Assembly: GCA_964187785.1 (NCBI GenBank)
Contig: OZ076409.1
Coordinates: forward strand, 76,076,001 to 76,140,000
DNA: 64,000 bases
Direction of reading: 5' to 3'
Source of the DNA: Amphiscolops sp. MND2022
Taxonomy: Eukaryota
The notes under the pieces were generated by a model. The model searched no databases, was not told where the DNA came from, and was given only the letters and a program-made list of their open reading frames with translations. Positions 41,609-52,941 of the stretch are shown here, in pieces (position 1 is the first letter of the stretch; each line of letters opens with the position of its first letter). The translations under genes were made by a program, and so were the position numbers.

Positions 41609-44600
41609 ATTTTGGGTGCCGCTATCGCTAATTAAAAAATCTGATTTTCAAGATATTCATTCAAAAATTTCAGAATGGTATTTTACAAATAACAAATTTT
41701 TAGAAAACTTTGGGCAAAATCTAGTTCGTCTTGGGTTCTGCACGTTGCCGGGCACACTGAATAACCGTTCGGAAGAAAATGAAAGCCAAGCCACAGCCAA
41801 TATGATGTGTCAAGTTATTCCCATTAAATTATTACATTAGTTAATTTTGAATTCTTTTAGCGAATAAAATTGTTCGCTAACGCTTTAATGTGTCGCTAAC
41901 TATCGCTATCGCTAATTCATGCTGAATCGTCGCTAACGCTACCGCTATCGCTGTCACACCTCTGCTTCATTGTAAATCTTTAGAGAAAACGAACGCAGGT
42001 CCGGACATCCTGGGGATATCTGTAGTGATATTGTCATTTTTTCGGTAATCGCCTAACCGCTGAGTTCAAGATGTGTAGTGTAGAATTTAGTGTGGTCACA
42101 AAGTGCGTTCAGATTATTGACACAAATAACTTCAGGAATGTAATTGGAAAGTTATTGAATGAGTCTAAAGGAAGATTAAATATTTTTGTTTTTTTTTGGA
42201 TTTTTTGGGCATACACCGTATGTTACCGCGTATAGGCCGGAACTTTACTGCCATGTTGACTTCACCTGGTTGACTTTTTCATTTACTCGGAAATGCTGTG
42301 ATAAAAGTTATTAACTTTCGCTATCAAAAACTGCATTTCGTTTCACAAGAAAACGCCAAAAAGTGGACAAACGTGAAAAAGTGTTGGAGTCAGTATTTTG
42401 AGATCGCTATCAAGTTTTCTGCCAGAAATATTGAAAAAAATTTGAAGATATTTGTCTTCACAATTCTATGATCAGTTTTCAGACCAAACGCGGCTTATAT
42501 TGGAGGGGAGACACGGTTGTGTGAGTTGTTGGTCATGCCTGGTTGTTGGAGAGAGTGACTACGGCGTCTATGTCACTGGGGAAGTAGGGGTACAGAGTGT
42601 TGACCCGCACGGGGCTGATCCCATTCACACCTGTCAAAAGGCATTGTAGAATGGGGGGGGGAACGTTCATTTAGGCCCGAAAAACTGAGGCCGATAGACA
42701 CCTGCTAATGTAGAACCGAACGATACGCATTAATTGACTCGTTCTCCTGCATTAACTCCGTAACTCTTTCGTGCTTTCAGCTCTGTTAGTTTCCAACATT
42801 CTCCTGTTCGGGATGGGCTTCAGAAATATGCTTTCGCTTTTCCGAGAAAGTAATTTGTGAATGAATAAAGATTTTTAAACCGACAGGCAACTTTTCAAGG
42901 TGTGATACAATTTTCGCCAATATGTTACATTTTTGAATTTTCCGATTCATTTCATCTGTATAAATGAATGCATGATGAAATTCAATCAGTAGGACACGGG
43001 TGGAGTTCAAATTGACACAGAATTTCCTGCTATTTCTGCGATAACGAGAATAATATAGAAGAAATTTGGAATCGAAGTTTTTTCAGCCAACTCTGTTCGT
43101 GATCCGAGTACCTACTGAACACGATTCAGATATTTCGTTCGACAGTGAGTATACGCGTAAAATTTAAATTTCTCGAGCTGCCGACAACAATTCAATTCTC
43201 GTGCGCTGAAGCGAGCGAGTGGTAATAATGCATTCGTACGCCGAATTCATTGAGATGAAGCGAATGAGTGTTAATTATTCGTTCGCCGAGAGCTTCGCTT
43301 GCATTCAAATCCGAATGCGAAACTACGTATACGCTTAGTAGTTATATTTTGTATATTTTCTTTAGTCCGAGAAGAATTAAAGGCACTGTGAGCTGGTATA
43401 GTTATTAATTCTGTGCTATATAGTGATTGAACAGGAGTCTACAGTTTTTCCAGTTATGCTTCTATTACTGAACACGAAGACCTAAAACAGAAATAATACT
43501 GTGCCCCGCAAGGTCCTATTTTCAACAAGACGCCCGCTAAGCAACGGGATATTTTCCGCCTTGTCAAAAAAATTCAAGCGGAGGCGAGATTCGAACCCAC
43601 AGCCTACTGATTGATAATAACTGAATTAGTCAAGTAACTAAACTGGTCAAGTAACTGAAAGATAGAGATGATAAACTAGTATTTAAAACTACTTGACTAT
43701 TTTGGTTAAAACTAGTAACTAAAACTACTTGACTATTTTAGTTACCAGTAACTATAAAAATAGTCAAGTAGTTGATGGAGATCGTGGAGATTTGGCAAAA
43801 TTTGTAAAAAAAAACGCAACACAGATCATGATTTTCCTCGCCCATTTTATAAGGGCGGAAAATAATTTTTTGCCCATGGGCGTACAAATTACAAAATATA
43901 TTCAGCTAGCGCCAGACATGCCAGTTTTGCAGATAATACTGCACAGAACAGAAAGTTTCCTAAAGAGTTTCTTTAATATTCACGGAATTCATCAGCTGGT
44001 CAATTTCTATCATATTCCGATACGAGTCATGAAATTTTGGAAGAAGTTCTTCCTTTTTTTCTCTAAAATATTAACACAACATAATTAAGTAATTTTCGCC
44101 CAGTTCACACTCTTTAGATAAAAAGCAAGCTTGGTTATGGTCGCCCGTGATTCTCTCTCTTACTCTCCGTGACGCCCAGCGAAATTGGCGTAGTTGTACA
44201 GAATATGTTGGACCACGTTTATTATTTCTTCCCAGGTACCTCGTTTCGAATTCCCCCCATTAGGAAAGAACATTTTATTACTAAAGAAAAGTATTTCACT
44301 ATTGAGAGGTTTTTATATGAGTAGTATACGTTGGTAGGGGTATTCGCACACTTTCGTTTCTCCCTACAGTTTAACATGGAGTTTTTGCAATTTTCTGCAA
44401 AAGGTAACCATATAAGGTAACAATTCTCAGCTAGGGCCACCTCTAAGTTGTGCGGGAGCGGGTAGAATCATTTAGATTAACAATTTGAACTGTATTCGCA
44501 ATCTGATGATGTCTTTTTACACTCTTAAAACTTATAACTGAACAGGCAGTGTAGCTCTAGTGCTTAAACCCGCTGCAGCGGGCTCGATGGTACCGTGATC

Positions 44601-44938
44601 GAGCCGCACCCTAAGCACTAATCCTGCACTACCATTTTGATGGAAATCAACAATAAAATTGACCCTGAAAATTAAACACGCAGAGGTTAAAATACCAGAT
44701 TTATTTTGACACTTCGCCACGCTAATCAATAAATTTTTCCAGTCAAATCAGTTGTGCGTACCAAAAATATCGTGAGAAAGTTGCAATCAAGCCGGTGATT
44801 AATCTTTTCCAATTCAGACGCTAATATGACTTTTTGATTTTTTCCCACCAAAAAGATGACATATCACAAGTCGATTGAAAATAAAAACCGAGTCCAGAAG
44901 TTGCATTTCATTTCAACTGAAAACTTTGTCAGTACATC

Positions 44939-45832
44939 ATGACTTCCACTACAAAAGAATTTTCCACTGAACGTATGAGATACCTTCTATACGAGACAAA
45001 CGAAGTCTTCACACAAAAAACCTGGGACTCTTCTGATCAAGACGACAGTGTGACAGAACCCATACCCAAAAAAGAATACAATCTATTGAGAAACACAACC
45101 CATTTGGTCGAAAGTCTCAAAAAATTTCTCGAATGGGTTATAGATTACTCCAACTTGCAATTTTGCGTGGCTCTGCATGCGAAGGAAGACGACGCAAACG
45201 AAATGGATATTTGCCAGAGTTATGGAAGACTGCACTATCACGTGATACTCTATAGTGTGAAATTTCCCAAAACCATGGATAAAATTATCAAAAAGAACTT
45301 TACCACTGCCCTCGAGGAAACCATGAACTCGCAGAACAACTACAGAATTGAAATGTTCAGCACAAATAGTTCATCTTTTCGAAGAGAATTTTTGAGAAAC
45401 ACAAAAACTTTGGTGACACATGGGCCATCTATTCAACAGCACTTGAAGGGATTGAATCATACAAGCAGCCGCAATCACGTTGACTGTATCTGGGACAAAT
45501 GTCAAAAAACTGGGCGGTATGAAGCAAGCCGCGACACAATCATCGATCGAACCAAAATTCTAGACAACGTTGAAGAGTTGGAAAAATCCGCCAGTCAGTT
45601 CAAACATGTGATACCCGATATCGTCAACTTCCTCACCCAAAACAGCTATGGATCCTTCACCAACTCCCAACACAGTTCGGTTTTAAAAGTATCACTCGAC
45701 CTGACCGACGCTCAATGTTGCTGCCACGACTGCTGCTTTCCCGAAAAACAAACTCCGGAGAGCAGAAACTATCAATTCATTGACGAAGGAACTGTCCTGT
45801 TTGAACAATCATTTGATGGTATATTCAGCTAG
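44939..45832 (+). CDS. Polinton ORF of unknown function with an HUH-like motif
   Basis: Intact 297-aa ATG ORF with GRLHYHVIL and a C-terminal CCCHDCC cluster. Confidence 0.7.
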   Translation: MTSTTKEFSTERMRYLLYETNEVFTQKTWDSSDQDDSVTEPIPKKEYNLLRNTTHLVESLKKFLEWVIDYSNLQFCVALHAKEDDANEMDICQSYGRLHYHVILYSVKFPKTMDKIIKKNFTTALEETMNSQNNYRIEMFSTNSSSFRREFLRNTKTLVTHGPSIQQHLKGLNHTSSRNHVDCIWDKCQKTGRYEASRDTIIDRTKILDNVEELEKSASQFKHVIPDIVNFLTQNSYGSFTNSQHSSVLKVSLDLTDAQCCCHDCCFPEKQTPESRNYQFIDEGTVLFEQSFDGIFS

Positions 45833-45862
45833 ATTTCAGTTGCTAAAAATTTGCTTTCAATC

Positions 45863-46285
45863 ATGTTGTTTCCTGAGTATCTTGATATACAACAAGTAAT
45901 AAAAAACTTTGATGAACTAGTAATTATTTTCCCACAAAATAAGGTCAGCAAAAATGCTTTTCTCGCAGTGTGTCAGGTTATTGACCCAACACGGGACCTG
46001 GCAGCAATAAATGTAGAATGTGAGTACGGAGGCTTGATAGGGCCAGGCAACAGTTTCCTACATCCTTTGCTTCAGAAATTTAAACTTTTCCGTGTTCACG
46101 CGGCCTTTCATGATGCATTTGGTTTCATGAAAGAAAAGTATAATTTGGGACCAGGATATGTTTACACATTGGGTGAGGAACCATCATTCAAAAACAGCTG
46201 CCTGTTGGGTCATTTCACCGGCTTGTTTCTTTGGATGTATCTAAAACTGACACAATCACAGATTTATTCCGAGTTGCCATTTTGA
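45863..46285 (+). CDS. Parvovirus-type phospholipase A2-like protein
   Basis: YGGLIGPGN (Ca-loop-like) and AAFHD (catalytic HD-like) motifs. Confidence 0.65.
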   Translation: MLFPEYLDIQQVIKNFDELVIIFPQNKVSKNAFLAVCQVIDPTRDLAAINVECEYGGLIGPGNSFLHPLLQKFKLFRVHAAFHDAFGFMKEKYNLGPGYVYTLGEEPSFKNSCLLGHFTGLFLWMYLKLTQSQIYSELPF

Positions 46286-46301
46286 CTAGTAAGCATTCCA
46301 A

Positions 46302-46589
46302 ATGTCAGCTGCTAGCTCCAAGCTACCAAACACATCACTGCAGCTTTCATTGAATTCGAAAGTTTTCATACAATATAATCATCAGAATCATTTTTGCATT
46401 TACCTCGAAAAGATTGATTCTGGTGTCTGTCCGCTAAACAATTACAGGTTGAGACACCTAGTTCCACTCACTTTGGAAGAACTTCTCCAACTATCGGAAG
46501 CATCGCAAATTCTTTGTTCAACCCTAGAATACAACTATAATCTTTCTAAAAAGCGAGAATACCCAGATGCCAAACCATCTCGCAAATGA
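46302..46589 (+). CDS. Small Polinton ORF, unknown function
   Basis: ATG ORF of 95 aa, tightly packed in the gene run. Confidence 0.5.
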   Translation: MSAASSKLPNTSLQLSLNSKVFIQYNHQNHFCIYLEKIDSGVCPLNNYRLRHLVPLTLEELLQLSEASQILCSTLEYNYNLSKKREYPDAKPSRK

Positions 46590-46878
46590 AAAAGCTAAGG
46601 ATCAACCAGACACACCAATATCTGTTACTCGAGGCAGTCTGATTTTTGACAACGAGGAAAACGAGAGACCTCCGTGGAAACTTCAATGCTGTTGTATTAG
46701 AAAAGAATGTGAGCGATCGCTCCTAGTCTTATTACTGCATTATTTTATCGTCTTTTTGGTTGTGGCAGCAAGTATAGGGTTCTTATTCATCAAGCAGAGC
46801 GAAAACAAGGGCAGCATAGGAGTGGTTGCCATCATATCAGCGTGCTTAGGCTATATAATTCCGTCACCGAGACAATGA
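46567..46878 (+). CDS. Small two-TM membrane protein
   Basis: Cys cluster, two hydrophobic stretches and a GYIIPSP end. Its stop overlaps the ATPase start (ATGA). Confidence 0.7.
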   Translation: MPNHLANEKAKDQPDTPISVTRGSLIFDNEENERPPWKLQCCCIRKECERSLLVLLLHYFIVFLVVAASIGFLFIKQSENKGSIGVVAIISACLGYIIPSPRQ

Positions 46879-47570
46879 ACAAAATAATCAGCACAGATCC
46901 CCACTGTTTTCTCATGGTAGTTGGACCCAGTGGCTCGGGAAAAACTTACTTAGTCTCGCAGCTTCTGAAACAGCATCAACAAATTTTCAAACCGAACTTC
47001 CAACAATTTCTGTACTTTTATAATCATTTTCAACCCATTTATCAAGAACTGCAAGTGTTACTGGGACCAAAAACTTTTCATCTTTGTCAAGGTGTTGACT
47101 GGTCTCTACTGGACAAGGCATCGGCGTCAAACCAACACACTCTCGTCATTTTCGACGATGTCTATCAAGAAGTAGCTGCCGCGAAAGAGTTTTTGAACCT
47201 CGTGATTTCCGGCCGACATCAGAAACTACATCTGCTGGTCCTGAAGCACAATTTGTACCAGCAGTCAACAAACTCCAAAACGATTGATCTGAATGTTACA
47301 CAATTGTTGTTGCTGAGGAACCCACGAGACACTAATCAAATTGACTACTTGGGACGACAACTTGGTTGCCGAGAACTTTTACTCAATTCGTATAAAAGAG
47401 CAACGCAAGATGAGTTTGGTCATTTGCTCATCGATCTGGATCCCCGGCTGAATGAAAACTTGCGTTTTTCTTCAAACATAGTTTCTAAACCAGCCATTTA
47501 TTACTGTAACACTTCAAACTCGACAGCAATAAACATTGATGATTCCTTCACAACATCTTTATACAATTGA
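46875..47570 (+). CDS. A32-like (FtsK-HerA) DNA packaging ATPase
   Basis: Walker A GPSGSGKT, Walker B LVIFDD, and the GRH motif. Confidence 0.93.
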   Translation: MNKIISTDPHCFLMVVGPSGSGKTYLVSQLLKQHQQIFKPNFQQFLYFYNHFQPIYQELQVLLGPKTFHLCQGVDWSLLDKASASNQHTLVIFDDVYQEVAAAKEFLNLVISGRHQKLHLLVLKHNLYQQSTNSKTIDLNVTQLLLLRNPRDTNQIDYLGRQLGCRELLLNSYKRATQDEFGHLLIDLDPRLNENLRFSSNIVSKPAIYYCNTSNSTAINIDDSFTTSLYN

Positions 47571-47898
47571 GTTGTTCGCATCTTTCAAACCAATACTAAA
47601 AAGACATTTCATCTTACATTGTAGTGACGATATAATAAAACTTTTCTGCAATTGCCTTTTCAACATCAAGGAAGGAGCGATAGAGCTCAAAAATGTGAAA
47701 CCTAATACTCTCAAGAAAAATAAACTGCTCATTCAACAGCTCTGTTCACCTAAGATCAGGTTGGCTGTGAAAAGAGAACTACTGGCGTCCAAGCAAGGAC
47801 AAAGTCTTTTACGCTTGCTAAAAACTTCAATATTAAGATATCTGAAACTACAGTGCTATGAGCAAGCCAACAAAGCGGTTTGTACTTGTGCCAGCTGA
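47539..47898 (+). CDS. Small basic Polinton protein
   Basis: The CNCLFNIKEG..LKKNK..KRELL..QG pattern resembles small ORFs that follow the ATPase in Polintons. Confidence 0.6.
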   Translation: MIPSQHLYTIELFASFKPILKRHFILHCSDDIIKLFCNCLFNIKEGAIELKNVKPNTLKKNKLLIQQLCSPKIRLAVKRELLASKQGQSLLRLLKTSILRYLKLQCYEQANKAVCTCAS

Positions 47899-48514
47899 TG
47901 TGTACTTCAACCAAGGAGAGGAGAAGGCCATTAACGGCGGCTTAATTGCTCAACCATCAGTAGCAACATCTGAATCGAAAAGGGCCAAGTTTTCCGAACA
48001 AGACCTGAAAGAAGAACTTATCAAGGAAGAAACACATTGCGAATCACCTTTGGAGGTGACCACAAAAGCGAGTCAACTCGATGTTCTAGATCGACTTGCG
48101 CCGTCGAATCGTAAAGAAGCAATCGATCAGCATAAATTGTGGAACATAAATAACAAAATACAAACAATCATTAGTAAATTGATCGAGCTCGGCTTTAGCA
48201 GCAGCAAGTTGGAAAGATCACGAATTATATTACAATCATTTTTCAAAAATTCGCGACTGTCTCTTAACGAATTGCTGGAAATACAACTGGACGGCAGTCC
48301 AACACAGGTAAACCTCCTAGCATTTCTGAGTGACCTTCAAGTTGCCAACAAAAAACTGGGTGAAGCATCACTGAATGTGCTGCGTATACTTAAAATCACA
48401 ACTAAACACATCATAGCAAATGTCAAGGCAAAAGAGGTGGTGTCGTCAGCGGGACAAAACGATTCGACATCGAGTTCACTTTCTTCTTCGACCTTGTGGG
48501 TCGAGCGCTTCTGA
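47858..48514 (+). CDS. Polinton ORF, unknown function
   Basis: 218-aa ATG ORF overlapping both neighbours. Confidence 0.6.
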   Translation: MSKPTKRFVLVPADVYFNQGEEKAINGGLIAQPSVATSESKRAKFSEQDLKEELIKEETHCESPLEVTTKASQLDVLDRLAPSNRKEAIDQHKLWNINNKIQTIISKLIELGFSSSKLERSRIILQSFFKNSRLSLNELLEIQLDGSPTQVNLLAFLSDLQVANKKLGEASLNVLRILKITTKHIIANVKAKEVVSSAGQNDSTSSSLSSSTLWVERF

Positions 48515-49700
48515 TGACGGCCAATTAGCAGCAGAACTCATCAATCAACTCTTGATTCGAGCAGGAATTGAATTAAATCCCGGACCTCTCAAATGTAATT
48601 GCTGTAAAAAGCTTTTGGGCAAAAGTACGAAAAAGGCACCAACTGTTTGGTGTCACGTTTGCGGATGGGTACACTTCAAGTGCAGTGGCTTAAACACACC
48701 ATTGGATTATCAAAAGACTACCAATTTTCGGTGCCCGTGGTGTGCCACCAACACTAGATTCGCAAACGAAAGTTCAGACCCGGCACTTTTAACATTGCAC
48801 AAACTCTACACTTCAACAAGCAGTCACGCCGCTTTCGGCTCGAGCGAGGTTTTGAGGAAGGCAGCAGCAACAAAAGGAATCAAGAGAAAACAAGTTGACA
48901 AATGCCTTTCACAGAACGAAACGTACACCAAGTTCCGCGCTGGTATACACAAGTTCACCCGGCTTAAAGTGCAATCTTACCGAATCAATGAAATTTGGTC
49001 TGGTGACTTGGCAGATGTGCATCAATTAGCAAAAAACAACCACGGCAAGAAATTCCTCTTGGTTTTTGTGGATTGTTTGAGCCGATTCCTCCGCGTGGAA
49101 GCAATTGAAACCAAGTCAGCGACGCAAACAAGGACTGCACTACAGCGTTTGATACGGAAGCAAAAACCAGAAAAGATTTGGGTGGACAAAGGAAAAGAAT
49201 TTAAGGGCGAATTTGCCAAGCTATGTGCAGAGAAAAACATTACAGTATATAGCACCCACAGTGAGATGAAATCATGTTTGGCCGAGCGCTACATTCGAAC
49301 TCTCAAGTCAATTTTATTTAAATATTTGCATGAGAACAACACCAGTCGATACATTGATCAACTCCAAAACTTTGTTAACCTCATCAATTCTCGACCTAAC
49401 AGGAATACAAAGATTGCTCCGAAAAAAGTGACAAAGAAAGATGTACCGTACCTCGTTTCGTTATCAGCCAATGCCAACCCTGTGAAAAAACCACGGTATA
49501 AGATTGGTGATACAGTAAGGATTCGATTGAAAATCCCCACTTTCCACAAGGGCTATAAAATTCAGTTTACAGAAGAAATATTTGAAATTGTAGCCAATCC
49601 GACACTAAACCCCCCGACGTACACAATAAAAGACAAGGACGGCCAAGTAATCGAAGGAAAATTCTACGAGGCAGAATTAGTTTTATTTCGTTACAGTTGA
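48420..49700 (+). CDS. Retroviral-like (rve) integrase with an N-terminal PHD finger
   Basis: DDE triad in WSGDLAD, VDKGKEF and AERYIRTLK; a C4HC3-like finger CNCC...CHVC.WVHFKC...CPWC. The true start is uncertain. Confidence 0.93.
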   Translation: MSRQKRWCRQRDKTIRHRVHFLLRPCGSSASDDGQLAAELINQLLIRAGIELNPGPLKCNCCKKLLGKSTKKAPTVWCHVCGWVHFKCSGLNTPLDYQKTTNFRCPWCATNTRFANESSDPALLTLHKLYTSTSSHAAFGSSEVLRKAAATKGIKRKQVDKCLSQNETYTKFRAGIHKFTRLKVQSYRINEIWSGDLADVHQLAKNNHGKKFLLVFVDCLSRFLRVEAIETKSATQTRTALQRLIRKQKPEKIWVDKGKEFKGEFAKLCAEKNITVYSTHSEMKSCLAERYIRTLKSILFKYLHENNTSRYIDQLQNFVNLINSRPNRNTKIAPKKVTKKDVPYLVSLSANANPVKKPRYKIGDTVRIRLKIPTFHKGYKIQFTEEIFEIVANPTLNPPTYTIKDKDGQVIEGKFYEAELVLFRYS

Positions 49701-49729
49701 GTAGGTAGCTAGATGACCTTGTACCTGCA

Positions 49730-50575
49730 ATGGAACAAACTTTTACAATCAATTTAATTTCCAATGCTTCCATGCAAGTGTTTCCTGCAAACACTATGGC
49801 TCAATTCACAACATTATTACCCCATAGAATTGAACTAGCTGGAGACTGGGAAGTTGCCATTCTAGAGGCATCTTGGCCGGCCAAAGTTAAAAACATTACA
49901 AGCGCCGCATTTACGTTGAGTTGCTTCGACAAAAAACCAAAGAGACCAACAAGACCGAAACATAATGGAACGATACCAGACGGCTATTATCCAAACGTCG
50001 ACATTCTGATGACTAAACTGATACAATCAGTGTATCAAAGAAACGACACAAACTTCCCAGTTAGTTGGAAAGTTGATCCAGTCAGCGGGAAAATTGAAGT
50101 TTTTTTCCACAGTCAAGAGTTGGAAGATCAATTTTGGCTCCTGTTCAAGTCAAGCGATCTGTCAAACACACTCGGAATCACCGACACGATTTGTTGCACA
50201 ATTCAAAGCCAACTTGAAAAAGGTTACGCCGTGCAAGGCACTTACCCGGTCGATCTACAGGGTGGTCGGCACACAATGTTTTTATACTGCGATTTGATTC
50301 AAAACGAAATCTTGGGTGACGCTCAAGCAGCTCTTTTGAGGGCCATACCGTTGAACCAAAGAGATGCTGTTTCCAATGCAACATGCTACAGAAACTTTCA
50401 CAAATTGCAGTGGAAAAAACTGACAAGGTCAAATTTTCAATCAATAACGAAAAGACTCTGCGATGAAAGCGGCCAGCTGATGCCTTTCGTCAGTATTGGA
50501 CGGACCAATCTCACGCTAGCTTTCCGTCGCCGCAGCGGCCACTCGTCTTCATTCAACTCAAATCAACAATTCTGA
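49730..50575 (+). CDS. Minor capsid protein (penton-like)
   Basis: N-terminal F.I.L.SNASM..FP.NT..F...LP...L.G.WEVA and C-terminal FLYCDLI...GD...LLR, typical of Polinton minor capsids. Confidence 0.85.
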   Translation: MEQTFTINLISNASMQVFPANTMAQFTTLLPHRIELAGDWEVAILEASWPAKVKNITSAAFTLSCFDKKPKRPTRPKHNGTIPDGYYPNVDILMTKLIQSVYQRNDTNFPVSWKVDPVSGKIEVFFHSQELEDQFWLLFKSSDLSNTLGITDTICCTIQSQLEKGYAVQGTYPVDLQGGRHTMFLYCDLIQNEILGDAQAALLRAIPLNQRDAVSNATCYRNFHKLQWKKLTRSNFQSITKRLCDESGQLMPFVSIGRTNLTLAFRRRSGHSSSFNSNQQF

Positions 50576-50608
50576 ACAGTTGCTAACTAAAAGACCAAAA
50601 CACAATCT

Positions 50609-51067
50609 ATGGATGCTTACTATGCTTCGCAGAGGACATTCCACGGACCAGCAAGGCAATTCGGTTCCGGGGCAGGTCTGGGAGCCTTTGCAGTTCGCGT
50701 GGGACGGACTGCCATGCCGCTTTTGAAAAAATACGTCGCCCCAATAGTCAAACAAGTAGGCCAAAATGTGCTGGAAGCCGCTCTACCCGAAGTGGCCTGT
50801 CTCATTTCAGGCAAAAAGAAGACGAAGAGGGCGATCAAGGATGTCGCCAAACGGGTGATAGCAAAAACTATTGAGCCGAGTGCCGCGGCGGGCGGCACGG
50901 CGAGCAGCGGTCGGGCGGGCGGCGGCGGCGCAGCCAGAAAACGAAAGCATGCTGAGTTGTTGAAAGCTCCTTCAACAAAAACAATCATTTCGAACAAAAA
51001 GACCCCCAAGAGAAGTCGGGCAGACATTTTGACCAAAGTGAGATTTGCCAATTCTTCCAACAGTTGA
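50609..51067 (+). CDS. Basic core/maturation-type virion protein
   Basis: YY..Q....RQFGSGAGLG followed by an amphipathic segment and a K/R-rich tail; lies just upstream of the major capsid gene. Confidence 0.65.
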   Translation: MDAYYASQRTFHGPARQFGSGAGLGAFAVRVGRTAMPLLKKYVAPIVKQVGQNVLEAALPEVACLISGKKKTKRAIKDVAKRVIAKTIEPSAAAGGTASSGRAGGGGAARKRKHAELLKAPSTKTIISNKKTPKRSRADILTKVRFANSSNS

Positions 51068-51072
51068 AGGGA

Positions 51073-52419
51073 ATGAGTGCCAGCACACCCAATTCAATAC
51101 AATTTCATAGCCGAGCAAGCGATGTAGCTCAACCAGTAACACACAGTGCACTAGACTTTTTTGAAAAACCTTCAGTCTTGATCAATTACGAAGGGTCCCA
51201 CGACCAAGAAGTTTTTCCACAAGTGGGGTGTCGAGGACCACAATTGGATTTTGTAGTTACCTCCGACAATAGAAACCTGGTTGATTTGAACAAAATAGTC
51301 TTGGACATCGACTGTGCCATCTATAAAGCCGATGGGAAAACGCCTGCCGAAGAAGTTCTTCCTGTATGTTTTGCAAACAACGCGCTACATAGTTTGTTCT
51401 CTCACGCCGAGGTTTTTATTGACGGCATATTGGTTTCATCGAGCAACAATGCATACCACCACGCAGCATTCATCGAGACGGAAATGACGACCGACCTTGA
51501 TGCGAAAGCAACTTGGGCTCGATGTCAAGGCTACGAGTACCAGGCAGACAAAACATCAGAGGAAGAGTTAGCCAAGTGGAAAAATGAAAAATACGAGCAG
51601 GCAAAAATCTCGAAAAACAAATTACGACTGGTTGGAGCGCCCCATATTGACTTTTTCGAATGTGAAAAAATTCTTTTGCCAGGAATTACACTTCACATAC
51701 GCTTCCACAGATCAAGCAACGACTTTGTACTAACATCTCTAGACAGCAGCAGTGATGATGAAAAGTTTGTTGCAATTATTGAAAGGGCATCACTGTTCGT
51801 CACCAAAATGGTCGTGAAGGACTCTGTGCGAATGTCCATAGAAAAGGCGTTGGTAAGTGGTCCTGCCCATTATCCCTACATTGAGACATTAAATAAAAGT
51901 TTCATCATTCAAGCAGGACAAAATAGCTTTGTGAAAGAAAATATTTTTGGAACGGAACCAGTCAGACGTCTCACTTTGTGCATGACAACAAACGAACAAT
52001 TCCGAGGAACTAGGAACGCAGATGCCTTCCATTATAAACCGTTTGGCTTGCAGAGACTAGAAATTACTCGTGGAAATGGGGTCCCAGTCCCAGGTAGTCC
52101 GCTGGACATGAGGAATGGAAAAATGCGAGCCTATTACAACACAATATGTTCACTTGGCTTTGCTGCGGGTAAAGGAGGAAACGGAATCGCTTACAAAAAT
52201 TTTGACGATCATTTCGTTTTGGTATTCGATCTGACCTCTAGCAGAGAAGCTTCCAAAAGTCTCACCTTATTTCCTGAACTAACAGGAGGTAGTCTCACGT
52301 TGAAGTTAACTTTTGAGCAACAATTGGAACAAACAATTGAGCTCTTCCTCATTGCGGAAAAATTTAGTCAAATTTTCATTACATCCGAAAGAACAGTTCT
52401 CAAAAACACGGTATTGTAG
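51073..52419 (+). CDS. Major capsid protein (double jelly-roll, hexon-like)
   Basis: ~448 aa with NNALHSLFS, NNAYHHAAFIET and FVLVFDLTS motifs typical of Polinton MCP. Confidence 0.88.
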   Translation: MSASTPNSIQFHSRASDVAQPVTHSALDFFEKPSVLINYEGSHDQEVFPQVGCRGPQLDFVVTSDNRNLVDLNKIVLDIDCAIYKADGKTPAEEVLPVCFANNALHSLFSHAEVFIDGILVSSSNNAYHHAAFIETEMTTDLDAKATWARCQGYEYQADKTSEEELAKWKNEKYEQAKISKNKLRLVGAPHIDFFECEKILLPGITLHIRFHRSSNDFVLTSLDSSSDDEKFVAIIERASLFVTKMVVKDSVRMSIEKALVSGPAHYPYIETLNKSFIIQAGQNSFVKENIFGTEPVRRLTLCMTTNEQFRGTRNADAFHYKPFGLQRLEITRGNGVPVPGSPLDMRNGKMRAYYNTICSLGFAAGKGGNGIAYKNFDDHFVLVFDLTSSREASKSLTLFPELTGGSLTLKLTFEQQLEQTIELFLIAEKFSQIFITSERTVLKNTVL

Positions 52420-52437
52420 CTGTATCAAGTCACACTA

Positions 52438-52927
52438 ATGGACACTTGGGCTCTTCAAAAACTGGCACTCAAATGTAGTCATTTGATAGAAACATTTCGG
52501 GGAGTTTGAAGTGCAGACAACTTTCCTCTGATGAAAGAGGACGATGCATCACCGTCATTTCAAATTGTCAACACTGAAGCTAGCAACAAACCCGGAAAAC
52601 ACTGGATTCTATTATGCAAAAGAACTAAATCAGGTATAGGTGCTATCATATTTTGGGATAGCTTGGGAAAAAGGCCGAGAAAATACAAGGTATTGTTCGA
52701 ACGATTGAATGAAATTTATAAAAAAATTGATGTATTCAACCATCCTCTTCTGAGCAACTATTCAAATTGCTGTGGTTTGTATTGTATACTTGTTGCACAT
52801 TATTTACCATTATTGGAGAATAACAGCAGCTGCACAAATGCTCCCAAAGAAGATGGTTGATGAGTGTTCATTAATTCGTTTTATAAATTACCATTATAAT
52901 ACTGCTTTCACATTTGTAGTCATTTGA
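52438..52927 (+). pseudogene. Adenain-like cysteine protease, disrupted
   Basis: IVNT...PGKHW...FWDSLG...CGLYC motifs, an in-frame TGA at 52507-52509, and a probable frameshift near 52850. Confidence 0.85.
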
Positions 52928-52941
52928 TTAATTGATCATTA

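Noticed and set aside
41395..41840. ORFs spanning the N-run
   Set aside because: Artefacts of the assembly gap.
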